Assembly: GCA_034722055.1 (NCBI GenBank)
Contig: JAYENL010000010.1
Coordinates: 1-50,334 of the forward strand
Source of the DNA: Armatimonadota bacterium
Lineage (GTDB): Bacteria > Armatimonadota > Zipacnadia > Zipacnadales > UBA5352
DNA: 50,334 nucleotides
Reading direction: 5' to 3'
The notes beneath the pieces are model-generated. The model saw only the letters and a list, made by a program, of their open reading frames with translations. It ran no database searches and was not told the origin of the DNA. Below, piece after piece: positions 17,233 through 27,000 of the stretch. Positions within the stretch are counted from its first letter, which is position 1, and every line of letters begins with the position of its first letter. The position numbers and the translations under genes were made by a program.

Positions 17233-17256
17233 GTCGGGCAGGGATGCCCGACCTAC
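17233..17256 (-). repeat. GTAG-type REP palindrome
   Basis: Reverse strand GTAG-GTCGGGCA-TCCC-TGCCCGAC; a partial inverted partner CGCGTAGGTCGG lies at 16979-16990. Confidence 0.7.
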
Positions 17257-17357
17257 GCGGGGTCATGGAACGCGCTGTACAGTAACCGCGGAAACGACGA
17301 ACGGCGGAGCAGCGAACTTCGCCGGCTGTGAAGCCGTCTCGGGCTTCGGTGATATCC

Positions 17358-18191
17358 ATGCGGACGCTCAGATCAGCTCTACTCGCCCTTGTGCTCCTGA
17401 CGACCGCCTTGGGGTGTCTGGCGCAGCCGCCGTCGGTGACGGAGGCGCAGCCCTTCACCTTCGCGGTGTTCGGCGACTGCCGGCCGGGCAACGCGGACTA
17501 CAGCCCGATTCTGGAGGCCTTCGCCACTGAAGTCGGGGGTCTGGACGTGCCCTTCGTGATCGGGACCGGCGACTACATCGAGGGGTCCACCAACCAGTCC
17601 ACGGTCCGTGGCCAGTGGGAGGGCTTCTTCGCCGGGCTGGCCCCGTTGCAGGCCCAGCGAGCCATCCCCGTGGCCCTCGCCCCCGGCAACCACGACATCG
17701 TGGGCGTGCGGCGCAACGCGGAGATCTTCATCGAGCACTTCAAGCGCCTCTACTTCTCCTTCGACCACGAGGGCTGCCACTTCGTCATCCTCAACAGCGA
17801 GACCGTCGGCTCGGAGGGACGACTCTCGGAGACGCAGCTCACCTGGCTGAAGCAGGACCTGGCGGAGAGCCAGGACGCGAGGTTCACCTTCGTGGCCCTG
17901 CACCGGCCCCTCTTCCCGGTGGACGGGCACGTGGGCTCGTCCATGGACGCCCACCCCGCCGAGCGGGATGCCCTGCACCGGCTGTTCGTCGAGGCCGGCG
18001 TGGACTGCGTCCTCGCCGGCCACGAGCACCTCTACAACCACCAGCAGAGGGACGGCATCCACTACTTCATCACCGGTGGCGCCGGCGCGCCGCTCTACGC
18101 CGAGCCGGCGCGGGGCGGCTTCTACCACTACCTGCTGGTCTCTGTCGGCGACGAGGACTTCACCGTGCAGGTGCAGCGGATCACTCCCTGA
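17358..18191 (+). CDS. secreted calcineurin-like metallophosphoesterase
   Basis: Signal peptide; FGDCR, GTGDYI, PGNHD, ALHRP and AGHEHLY motifs. Confidence 0.93.
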   Translation: MRTLRSALLALVLLTTALGCLAQPPSVTEAQPFTFAVFGDCRPGNADYSPILEAFATEVGGLDVPFVIGTGDYIEGSTNQSTVRGQWEGFFAGLAPLQAQRAIPVALAPGNHDIVGVRRNAEIFIEHFKRLYFSFDHEGCHFVILNSETVGSEGRLSETQLTWLKQDLAESQDARFTFVALHRPLFPVDGHVGSSMDAHPAERDALHRLFVEAGVDCVLAGHEHLYNHQQRDGIHYFITGGAGAPLYAEPARGGFYHYLLVSVGDEDFTVQVQRITP

Positions 18192-18211
18192 GCTGCCCGG
18201 CCGCCGAGGCC

Positions 18212-18290
18212 GGGCCGGGGTGGAACCTGGGAGGTCCGTCGCTGCGCTCGGGACCTCCCACCGCTCGCTTCGCTCGCGGCGGCCCCTCCA
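18212..18290 (-). repeat. REP-like composite unit (inverted partner of 17072-17191)
   Basis: GGGCCGGGGTGGAACCTG is the exact reverse complement of 17174-17191; CGCTCGCTTCGCTCGCGGCGGCCCCTCCA matches 17072-17100 at 28/29. Confidence 0.8.
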
Positions 18291-18384
18291 TGGTCGCACC
18301 AGAGGCACCGCCGTGACGCTGCACAATCAGCGATCAGCTAACGGCTGGGCACGGCAACGGCGGGGGGCGAGGACGGCAAACGGC

Positions 18385-18409
18385 GCACGGACAGGACTGT
18401 CCGTGCCAC
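18385..18409 (-). repeat. GTGG-type REP palindrome embedded in ACGGC-rich short repeats
   Basis: GCACGGACAG-GA-CTGTCCGTGC-CAC, a perfect 10-bp stem. Confidence 0.65.
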
Positions 18410-18492
18410 GGACGGCATACGGCAACGGCGCGCGCGAAGTCCTACCGCTGAGCACTGGCGGTCGGCTGACGGTACAGGGGAGATCGGCCATC

Positions 18493-18648
18493 ATGGGGAA
18501 TTGCTGCGGGAGCAGTTGCGGATGTGGATGCGGCTGCCTGCTGGCCGCCGGCGCCCTCGTGCTGCTGATCCTCGCCCTGCTCTTCGGGGACGAGGATGAC
18601 GACTACGAGAAGGTGGCCGTGGCCACCTTCCTGATGGACGATCAGTGA
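18493..18648 (+). CDS. Cys-rich single-pass membrane microprotein (51 aa)
   Basis: MGNCCGSSCGCGCGCLLAAGALVLLILALLFGDEDDDYEKVAVATFLMDDQ; GGGGAG RBS; GC3-rich codons. Confidence 0.7.
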   Translation: MGNCCGSSCGCGCGCLLAAGALVLLILALLFGDEDDDYEKVAVATFLMDDQ

Positions 18649-18672
18649 GGGCCGGACACGGAGGGATGGAGC

Positions 18673-19692
18673 GTGAGCGAACCGCTGGGCGCCGCCATCA
18701 ACGCCTGCGGGTGGGTGGCCACAGAGCACGCCAAGGCCTACATCGCCAATCCGCACACGCGCATCGTGGGCGTCACGAGCCGGACGCGAGCCAGCGCGGA
18801 GAGGCTCGTGGCAGAGATGGCCCTGGACTGCCGCATCTACCCCGACTACGAGGCGCTGCTGGCCGACGATGAGGTGGACATCGTCTCAGTGACCACACCC
18901 AACTTCCTGCACGCCTCCGACGCCATCGCCGCCGCCCAGGCCGGCAAGCACATCTGCCTGGAGAAGCCCGCCGCCATCACCGAGGAGGAGCTGGATGAGC
19001 TGGGCGAGGCGGTGGAGGCGGCCGGCGTCACCAGCGTCGTGAGCTTCGTGCTGCGCTGGAACCAGCAGGTGCTGAACATCAAGAGCCTGCTGCAGCGCGG
19101 GGCGCTGGGGGAGCTGTTCTACTGCGAGGCCGACTACTGGCACGGGGTGGGCGAGGTCATCCGCGCCGACCGGTGGCTGGCGCGGCGGGAGCTGGCCGGC
19201 AGCGCCATGCTCACCGGCGGCTGCCACGCCGTGGACATGGCGCGGAACTTCATGGGCGAGGTGGCGACTGTCACTGCCCACTCGCACTTCAACCCCTCGC
19301 TGGGCTTCGACTACGACACCACCACCGTGTGCACCGTGGAGTTCGAGAGCGGCGCCGTGGGCAAGATCTCGTCCATCCTGGAGATTGTCTCGCCCTATCG
19401 GTTCAATGTGACGGTGATGGGCAGCGAGGGGACGGCGCTGGGCAACCGGGTCTACAGCCGCGTCCTGGCGCCGGAGCAGGACGACTACTTCGAGATCCCC
19501 TGCATTACGCCCTCCAGCGGCGACGTGGAGCATCACCCCTTCCAGCAGGAGATCGACCACCTGGTGGAGTGCATCCTGAACGGCCGGGACTGTGTGCCCA
19601 ACATCGCCGACGGCATCAGAACCAGTCGCGTCTGCCTCGCCGCCGACCGCTCGGCTGCGGCCGGCGGCCGGCCGGAGGAGCCGAACTACTGA
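18673..19692 (+). CDS. Gfo/Idh/MocA family oxidoreductase
   Basis: ACGWVA..H, DVDIVSVTTPNFLH-like segment, AGKHICLEKP and GGCHAVD motifs. Confidence 0.93.
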   Translation: MSEPLGAAINACGWVATEHAKAYIANPHTRIVGVTSRTRASAERLVAEMALDCRIYPDYEALLADDEVDIVSVTTPNFLHASDAIAAAQAGKHICLEKPAAITEEELDELGEAVEAAGVTSVVSFVLRWNQQVLNIKSLLQRGALGELFYCEADYWHGVGEVIRADRWLARRELAGSAMLTGGCHAVDMARNFMGEVATVTAHSHFNPSLGFDYDTTTVCTVEFESGAVGKISSILEIVSPYRFNVTVMGSEGTALGNRVYSRVLAPEQDDYFEIPCITPSSGDVEHHPFQQEIDHLVECILNGRDCVPNIADGIRTSRVCLAADRSAAAGGRPEEPNY

Positions 19693-19707
19693 GACGCGCC
19701 GCGAGGA

Positions 19708-20112
19708 TCAGTGCGTGCGGCCGGTGAGCTGCCGCCGGATCCGCCGGTAGCGCTTCTTGCCCGGGTCCAGGTCGATGGCGCGCTCGATGGCCTCCAGCGC
19801 GCGGTCCGGCTGGCCCAGCCGGGCCATGCACACCGCCAGGTTGGCGTGGGCGTCAGCGTACTCCGGCTCCTGCTCCAGGACCTGCTGGAACTGCTCGGCG
19901 GCCTGCCCCCACTTGCGCTCGTACATCCGGGCCAGCGCCAGGCCGTAGCGGGCGGCGGCGTCCTCGGGGTTCTCGAGCACCTGGCTGGCGTACTCCTGCG
20001 CCATGTCGCGCACGGCCTGTGAGGTCTCCTCCTCGGTCAACCTGGCGCCGCACTCGGGGCAGAAGTTGGCATCCTCATTGACGCGGGTGCCGCAGATCGG
20101 GCACACGGGCAT
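19708..20112 (-). CDS. zinc-ribbon + TPR protein
   Basis: CPICG...ANFCPECG followed by 2-3 TPR motifs; GGAGGA RBS. Confidence 0.9.
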   Translation of the reverse strand: MPVCPICGTRVNEDANFCPECGARLTEEETSQAVRDMAQEYASQVLENPEDAAARYGLALARMYERKWGQAAEQFQQVLEQEPEYADAHANLAVCMARLGQPDRALEAIERAIDLDPGKKRYRRIRRQLTGRTH

Positions 20113-20155
20113 CTCGGTCCTCCACCGGGTCGCTCGATGGGGAGATCAGGAGCAG

Positions 20156-20183
20156 GTTCGCCGCGGCCGCCGGGACCTCCTTC
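20156..20183 (-). promoter_or_regulatory. sigmaH-like promoter of the Zn-ribbon-TPR gene
   Basis: GAAGGA-N18-GAAC on the minus strand. Confidence 0.5.
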
Positions 20184-20263
20184 AGGGGAGGCATAGCGGG
20201 TGCGGACGGCGAAATATCACTACACCCGTCAGACGTGCATCCTCGCTTGCGTCACGTGAGACG

Positions 20264-21970
20264 ATGGCTGAGCGCAGTCGCGACGACTCGGTTGTGCGTG
20301 TCGGTCCCTACCTGGTCCAGGACGTGATCGGGCAGGGGCCGCACGGCACCGTGTTCGCGGTGCTGCACGAGCAGAGGCGGCAGCGGCTGACGCTCAAGCG
20401 CCTGCACGAGCCCGCGAAGGGCCGCCCGGGGCGCACCTTCAATCGCATCGTGCGGGTGGTGGTGGCGCTGAGCCATCCTGCCATCGCCGACGTCTCCCAC
20501 GTGGCGCTGCACGGCGAGCATGTGGCGATCATCGGTGAGGTGGTGGCGGGCAGGTCCCTGGCCGACGTCATCGCCGAGGAGGGGGCGCTGGACCCCTACG
20601 AGACCGTGGGGCTGGCTCGGCAGCTCTGCATCGGGCTGATGTACGCCCACCAGCGCTGCGTCTATCACACCAGCCTGCGGCCGGAGAACGTCTTCCTGAT
20701 GTCGGACGGGAGCGTGCGCATCACGGACTTCGCCATTGCGGCGCTCTACGGCAACTCTGTGCGCAGGCGGCCCCCGTACACCGCGCGCCATGCGGTCTTC
20801 TTCGCCCCGGAGTTCCGCGAAAAGGGGGTCATCCACCCCCCGTCGGACATCTACAGCCTGGGGGTGCTGCTCTACTCGGTGCTGGCGGGCGGCGTGCCGC
20901 TGACCGCCGCCGGGGCCGAGGCCGGGGACGGCCGGTTCTCGTACCTGGAAGTCGGGGCCGAGGCGCCCGAGAAGGTGCAGCCGCAGGCGCTGGACATGAG
21001 CCACCTCCCGGAGGCGACGCCGCCGAGGCTGCGCAGCGCCATCGCCGCCGCCATCGCCCCGCAGGTCTCGGACCGGCCGGGCAGCATCAACGCCTTCGCG
21101 GATATGCTCAAGGGCACCCCCACGCGCTCGTCGCTGTCGCGGCTGGCGCGGGAGGAGGTGCAGGACGAGGATCGCATCCCTGCCGCGCCGGGCCCCAGCG
21201 TTCGCGTCTGCCCCGCCTGCCGGCGGCCGGTCAGCCCCGCCGGCCGCGTCTGCCTGGCCTGTGGCCTGGTGCTGCGCGAGGTGCTCGAGGAGGACGAGAG
21301 CATCGACTACTTCCAGAACCACGGGAGGCGGCTGCTGGCCAAGCGCGACCTGGCGGCGGCGGAGAGGGCCTACCGGCGGGCCATCGACCGCAAGCCGCGC
21401 CAGGCCCAGCTTCACAATGAGCTGGGCGACGTGCTGGCCGTGGGCAACCGCTTCGACGAGGCCGTGACGGAGTACCGGGAGGCGGTCCAGCTCGACCCCG
21501 GCGCCGATGACGCCTGGCATGACCTCGGGGTGTCACTGGCCGCACTGGGGCGCCGCCGGGAGGCGCGGCAGGCGCTGGAGAGGGCCGTGGAGCTGACCGA
21601 CCGCGACGAGCTGCGACTCTCGGCTCGGATCCACCTGGGGGCCATCGCCGCGGAGGAGGGGCGGGTGCAGGAGGCCATCGACATCTGGGAGGAGGTCCTG
21701 CGCGACGATCCGGGGCTGATCCCGGTGCGGATGGCGCTGGCCTCAGCCTACGCCTCACACAGCCGCTACGAGCAGGCCGAGCAGCACCTCCGGGCGGTGC
21801 TGTCCATCGAGCCGGGGATGCGGGAGGCCGAGAATCTGCTCTCCAGGGTCCGGGAGCGCCAGCAGCTTGAGCGGCAGGATGTGGACACCAGCTTCGGCCT
21901 GATGGACGATGTCGGCGGGGGCACCGCCTACATCGGCCCCGGCTTCAGTTGGGTGCGACTGATCCGGTGA
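20264..21970 (+). CDS. Hanks-type Ser/Thr kinase-like protein (probable pseudokinase) with zinc ribbon and TPR repeats
   Basis: IGQGPHGTVF, LTLK, HTSLRPEN, TDFA, FAPE and SDIYSLG; CPAC..CLAC ribbon; C-terminal TPRs. Confidence 0.9.
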   Translation: MAERSRDDSVVRVGPYLVQDVIGQGPHGTVFAVLHEQRRQRLTLKRLHEPAKGRPGRTFNRIVRVVVALSHPAIADVSHVALHGEHVAIIGEVVAGRSLADVIAEEGALDPYETVGLARQLCIGLMYAHQRCVYHTSLRPENVFLMSDGSVRITDFAIAALYGNSVRRRPPYTARHAVFFAPEFREKGVIHPPSDIYSLGVLLYSVLAGGVPLTAAGAEAGDGRFSYLEVGAEAPEKVQPQALDMSHLPEATPPRLRSAIAAAIAPQVSDRPGSINAFADMLKGTPTRSSLSRLAREEVQDEDRIPAAPGPSVRVCPACRRPVSPAGRVCLACGLVLREVLEEDESIDYFQNHGRRLLAKRDLAAAERAYRRAIDRKPRQAQLHNELGDVLAVGNRFDEAVTEYREAVQLDPGADDAWHDLGVSLAALGRRREARQALERAVELTDRDELRLSARIHLGAIAAEEGRVQEAIDIWEEVLRDDPGLIPVRMALASAYASHSRYEQAEQHLRAVLSIEPGMREAENLLSRVRERQQLERQDVDTSFGLMDDVGGGTAYIGPGFSWVRLIR

Positions 21971-22054
21971 GGGCCGGGGCAAACCTCGCGTGAACACTGC
22001 GTCTCCCATCATCGTCACGCAGGTGAGTATTCACTTACCCAACGCTATCGCCAC

Positions 22055-22083
22055 TTGCCATCACCGGCTGACCACCGTATAAT
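22055..22083 (+). promoter_or_regulatory. sigma70-type promoter of the ABC exporter operon
   Basis: TTGCCA-N17-TATAAT; imperfect palindrome GGTGAGT-ATTC-ACTTACC upstream at 22022-22039. Confidence 0.8.
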
Positions 22084-22192
22084 TGTCCTCGCCCGCGGGT
22101 TGGGGGAAGGGACGCGTTGCAGATGCGGGCGCCCCCTCGAAGACTACTCCAAGCACGCGCGCCCGCGAGAGCACTGCAGGAGAGAGAAGCAG

Positions 22193-24052
22193 ATGAGGCA
22201 TGGCAGGGGCCGCCGTCGGGGCCACCATCGCGCCAAGGACCGTTACGAGGAAGAAGTCGAGCCGATATCGATAACCGACCGGCGAATGTTGGGCTGGTTC
22301 GCGCGGTATCTCGGCCCGCACTGGCCGACGTTGCTGCTGGGGCTCATCAGTATGTTGGTCGCGACGGGTGCGGGCCTCTACGCGCCACAGGTGCTCAGGG
22401 CCATCTTCGATGACGTTATCCGCGACCGGAACCTGGCGCCGCTTCCCACGCTGGGCTGGCTGCTGGTCGCCGCCTACTTCGGCCAGCAGGCCTTCAGCGC
22501 GGTGCGTATGAACGTTATGCATCGGCTGGGTCAGCGCTTCGTGCTGGAGGTGCGCCTGAACGCCTACCGGCATCTGTTGCGGCAGTCGCTGAGCTTTTTC
22601 GAAGCCCGTCGCACCGGCGACATCATGTCCCGCATCTCCAATGACGTGAACAGCGTCGAGGATATGGTCGTGCACGGCGTGGACACGATCATCACCGATT
22701 CCATCACCGTCCTGGGCACCATCGGGATCATTCTGTGGATGAACTGGAAGCTGGCGCTGATCGGGATGGCGCCGCTGCCCATCTTCCTGGTGGGCGTAGT
22801 CATCTTCGCTCGCATCATCCGCCCGCTCTACGAGCGCATCCGCGAGGAGCTGGGGGACATCAACTCCCGCCTGCAGGAGAGCCTGGAGGGCATGCAGGTC
22901 GTGAAGGCCTTCGACCGCGAGGACCATGAGTACGAGCGGTTCGAGGAGGACAGCACCGAGTACTACCGTGCCTCGATCAAGGGGATCTGGCTGTGGTCCA
23001 CGTTCTTCCCGACCATGGGCTTCCTGACCACGCTGGGGCTCATCGGCGTTATCTACTTCGGCGCGCGCATGACGGCCTACGGCGCGACCTCGCCGGGCGT
23101 CATCGTTGCCTTCCTGGCCTACATGCAGAGCTTCTACCGGCCGATCCGCAGTCTGGTGCGTGTGCACAATGTCTTCAATCGGGCTCTGGCGTCGCTGGCG
23201 CGGATCTTCCAGCTCCTCGACGAGGAGCCGACTGTGGAGGAGAAGCCTGACGCCCAGCCGCTGCCTCCCGCCGCGGGGCACATCGAGGTTGAGGACGTCA
23301 CCTTCCGCTACCAGACTGGCGAGATCGTGCTCGAGGACGTCTCGGTGGATGCAGAGCCGGGGGAGACGGTCGCCATAGTCGGCCGCAGCGGCGCAGGGAA
23401 GACGTCGCTGGTGAACCTCATCCCGCGCTTCTACGACCCCCTGGAGGGCCGCGTCCTCATCGACGGTGTGGATGTCCGCGACGTCAAACTCGACAGCCTG
23501 CGGTCCCAGATCGGGATCGTGCTCCAGGACACCTTCCTGTTCAATGACACCGTGCGCAACAACATCCGCTACGGGCGCCTGGACGCCACCGACGAGGAGA
23601 TCGAGGACGCCGCCCGCCGGGCCTACGCCGACGAGTTCATTGAGGAGCTGCCCGAGAAGTACGAGACGATGATCGGGGAGCGTGGCGTGAAGCTCTCCGG
23701 CGGTCAGAAGCAGCGCATCGCCATCGCGCGGGCGCTGCTGGCCGACCCCCGCCTGCTGATCCTCGACGAGGCCACCTCGCTGGTAGACACCGAGGCCGAG
23801 CAGCTCATCCAGCGGGCCCTGGACGAGCTCCGGCACAACCGCACCACCTTCGTCATCGCGCACCGGCTCTCCACCGTGCGCAACGCCGACAAGATCGTGG
23901 TCATCGAGGGTGGGCAGATCGTCGAGGAGGACAGCCACGAGGAGCTGATGCAGCGCAACGGCGTCTACGCCGAGATGTACAACCGCCAGTTCCGCCTCGA
24001 GGACGTATGGGACGAGGAGGACGCGCGGCTGGGCCGCGACATGCCGCGGTGA
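22193..24052 (+). CDS. ABC exporter, fused permease/ATP-binding protein (MsbA/Sav1866-like)
   Basis: TM domain followed by GRSGAGKT, LSGGQKQR, LILDEATS and IAHRLST. Confidence 0.95.
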   Translation: MRHGRGRRRGHHRAKDRYEEEVEPISITDRRMLGWFARYLGPHWPTLLLGLISMLVATGAGLYAPQVLRAIFDDVIRDRNLAPLPTLGWLLVAAYFGQQAFSAVRMNVMHRLGQRFVLEVRLNAYRHLLRQSLSFFEARRTGDIMSRISNDVNSVEDMVVHGVDTIITDSITVLGTIGIILWMNWKLALIGMAPLPIFLVGVVIFARIIRPLYERIREELGDINSRLQESLEGMQVVKAFDREDHEYERFEEDSTEYYRASIKGIWLWSTFFPTMGFLTTLGLIGVIYFGARMTAYGATSPGVIVAFLAYMQSFYRPIRSLVRVHNVFNRALASLARIFQLLDEEPTVEEKPDAQPLPPAAGHIEVEDVTFRYQTGEIVLEDVSVDAEPGETVAIVGRSGAGKTSLVNLIPRFYDPLEGRVLIDGVDVRDVKLDSLRSQIGIVLQDTFLFNDTVRNNIRYGRLDATDEEIEDAARRAYADEFIEELPEKYETMIGERGVKLSGGQKQRIAIARALLADPRLLILDEATSLVDTEAEQLIQRALDELRHNRTTFVIAHRLSTVRNADKIVVIEGGQIVEEDSHEELMQRNGVYAEMYNRQFRLEDVWDEEDARLGRDMPR

Positions 24053-24084
24053 CGGGCGCGCCATCGCAACCGGAGGACTTCGCT

Positions 24085-27000
24085 GTGAGCGCCAGGGCAC
24101 AGCTCATGTCCGCGCTGCGCCGCCACCTGCTGGGGTGGCGGCTGCTCGCGACTGGCGCCGGGCTGCTGCAGGGGGCGGCGCTGGCGGCCGCTGCGCTGGC
24201 GCTGATGCTTCTGGTGGCCGGTCGCGGAGTCCTCGGCGAGCCTCGCGTAACGGCGGCGATGCTGGCGGCGCTGCTGCTGCCGGCCCTCCTGCGCCTGCTG
24301 CGGCCCGTGGATCCTCTGGCCGCCTCGCTGGCCATCGAGCGCACCTTCCCCTTCCTGCAGGACCGGGTGGCGACCGCCGCCGACCTCGCGAGCGGGCGGA
24401 CGGGTCGGGCGCCGCGCTCCGAGCGGATGATCAGCCGGATCACGAGCGAGGCGGCCTCGGCGCTTCGCGACCTGCCCCTTCACCGCGCGCTGCCCGCCGG
24501 GCAGCTTCGGCTGCCGGCGGCGGCGCTGGCAATCGCTCTGGTCCTGGTGGTCTGCGCCTGGGCCGCGGCTCTGCCGCCGGCTGAGCCTGCGGCAGCCGCG
24601 CCCGCCGTCGCGGCTACCCCCCATGTCGCGCCTGAGCCGCATCCCCCGCGCCTGTACGAGATCGCGATCGCCGTCACGCCGCCGCCCTACACCGGCCTGC
24701 CCTCTCGCCGACTGACCTCGACGCTGGACGAGGTCTCCGCGCCGGCTGGAAGCGAGATCACCATCTCAGGGCGCTGCAAGCCCCAGGACGCTGAGGTGAC
24801 CCTGGCGCTGGATCCCGGCACAGGCCGAACGCTGACCCCCGACGCCGGGGCGGTCTCCCACAGCTTCAGGCTCACCGAGCCGCTGCGCTGGCGTCTGGTG
24901 GCCGAATCCCCGGACGGGCGGGCGCAGAGCCCCTGGCGCTGGATCAAGCTGACCTCGGACGGCGCCCCGAGCGTTCGTCTGGTCCGGCCTGAAAGCGATC
25001 TGACGCTCGACCTTGCGGAGAGCATCGAGGTGGCCGCGTGGGCCACCGACGACTTCGGCGTGACCGCTCTGGGCCTGCGCTACCGCCTGGCGGGCGAGGA
25101 CCGGTGGCGCTCGCTGCCGCTGGAGATCGACCCGGCCGCCGGCGTCTCCGCCGCGGCGCGCATGAACCTGGGCGCGGTGGGCCTCAAGCCCGGTGAGGAG
25201 CTCATCCTGCGCGCCTGGGCCACGGACAACGATGCCGTGAGCGGGCCGAAGACCTCGGTCAGCGCCCCGGTGCGCATCCGGCTGCGCGAGACGGCCCCCG
25301 AGAGGCGCGAGCCGCGCACGCCGTTGGAGGAGGCCCAGCAGCAGGAGGCCGACGCCATGGAGCAGCTTCGGCGGGCGGCCGAGGACCTGCAGCAAGAGCT
25401 GACACAGGCGCTGGAGCGCGCGCAGGGCGGGCCGGGCTCGGAGGCCGGGGCGCAGGCCGGGCGGGAGCTTCAGGAGGCCGCCCGCAGGCTGCAGGAGCAG
25501 GCCGGACGCCTGCAGCGGGCCATGCGCGAGGCGCAACGACAGCTCCAGGCCGACGAGCTGATGACGCCCGAGCTGGTGGAGAAGGTCCGCGAGCTGCACG
25601 AGCTGATGCGGCAGGTGCTGGACGAGGAGATGCGCCGGGCGCTGGAGGAGCTGCAGAAGGCGCTGAAAGCGCAGGACCTGGACGAGATCCGCATGAGCCT
25701 GGAGCAGGCCCGCGAGGCCCAGCAGCGCTTCCTGGAGCGCCTGGATCAGACGCTGTCGCTGCTGCGCCGAGCGCGGATGGAGGCGGTGCTGGAGCGGCTG
25801 CGGAGGCTCGCGGATGAGCTCGCGTCCCGCCAGGAGGAGCTGAGCCGGCGCACCTCGGAGCTGTCGGAAGCGGAGAGCGACACGCGCGCCACCGAGCGAA
25901 GCCAGCGCCTGCTGGCGCGGGACACCGAGCCGCTGGCGGCCAAGGTGGAGGCCGGCGTGGAGCAGGCGCGGGAGCTGTCCGCCGAGGTCGCTGCGAAGCT
26001 GGGGGCGGTGGCCGACCGACTGATGCGCGAGGACCCGGCCGGACAGATGCGCCGGGCGGCCAGCGCGCTGAGCCGGGGGAGCCCGAACGATGCAGCCGGG
26101 CCGCAGCAGGAGGCCGAGAAGTCGCTGCGCCGGGCGGCCGAGGCGCTCTCGGAGCTGGAGCAGCAGGTGCGGTCTGAGGCCACGGAGGACGCGCGGCGTC
26201 AGATCGCGGCCATGGTCCGTGACGCCCTGGCGCTGTCTGAGGAGCAGGAGGAGGTGGGGGAGGACGTCCGCCGGCTCTCGGGGCTGCGCCGGGCGGACCT
26301 GATGCGCGACAAGCGCCCCATCGACCCGGTGAGGCGCCGCGAGAGCCGCCTGGCGGAGGCGACCAGCAGGCTGGCCGAGCGGATGGCGCAGCTCTCCGGG
26401 CAGACGCCGGCGATGGACCCGCACCTGCCAGCGGGGACGAAGCTCATCGCCGAGCAGATGGCACAGGCGGCGCGGGAGATCGAGGGCGCCGACCTGGCGA
26501 CCGCGCGGCAGCGTGGCCGGGAGGCGATGGCGGGGCTGAACGAGGTGGCGCGGCGCCTCCTGGAAGTGCAGGACCGGCTCAGGCAGTCATCGGCGCAGAC
26601 GACACTCTCGCAGTGGATGCAGCGGCTGCAGTCGCTGGCGCAGCGACAGCAGGGGCTGAACCAGCAGACGGGCCAGGCGCAGCAGTCCGGGCAGTCGGAG
26701 TCCGGCCGCCCGCAGGCTCAGCCCGGCGGCATGAGCCCCTCGCAGCTCGCCTTCGAGCAGGCGCTCATCCGGGCGGCGCTGGAGGAGATGCTCAAGCGCG
26801 GCGGGCGCGCCACGCAGCCGATGGCAGACCAACTCGGGGGCGTCCCCGACGAGATGGAGAAGGTGGAGGGGGAGCTGCGCTTCGGCCGCATCGAGCGCAA
26901 GACGGTGGAGCGCCAGGAGCGCATCCTGGAGAAGATGCTGGAGGCCCAGCGCTCGCTCTACACCAGGGAGCAGGAGCGCTCGGAGCGGAAGGCGGAGCGG

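Noticed and set aside
18493..18510. MGNCC as a eukaryote-type myristoylation/palmitoylation signal
   Set aside because: Bacteria lack canonical N-myristoyltransferase and there is no sign of host-targeted secretion; Gly/Cys runs before TM helices also occur in bacterial proteins.
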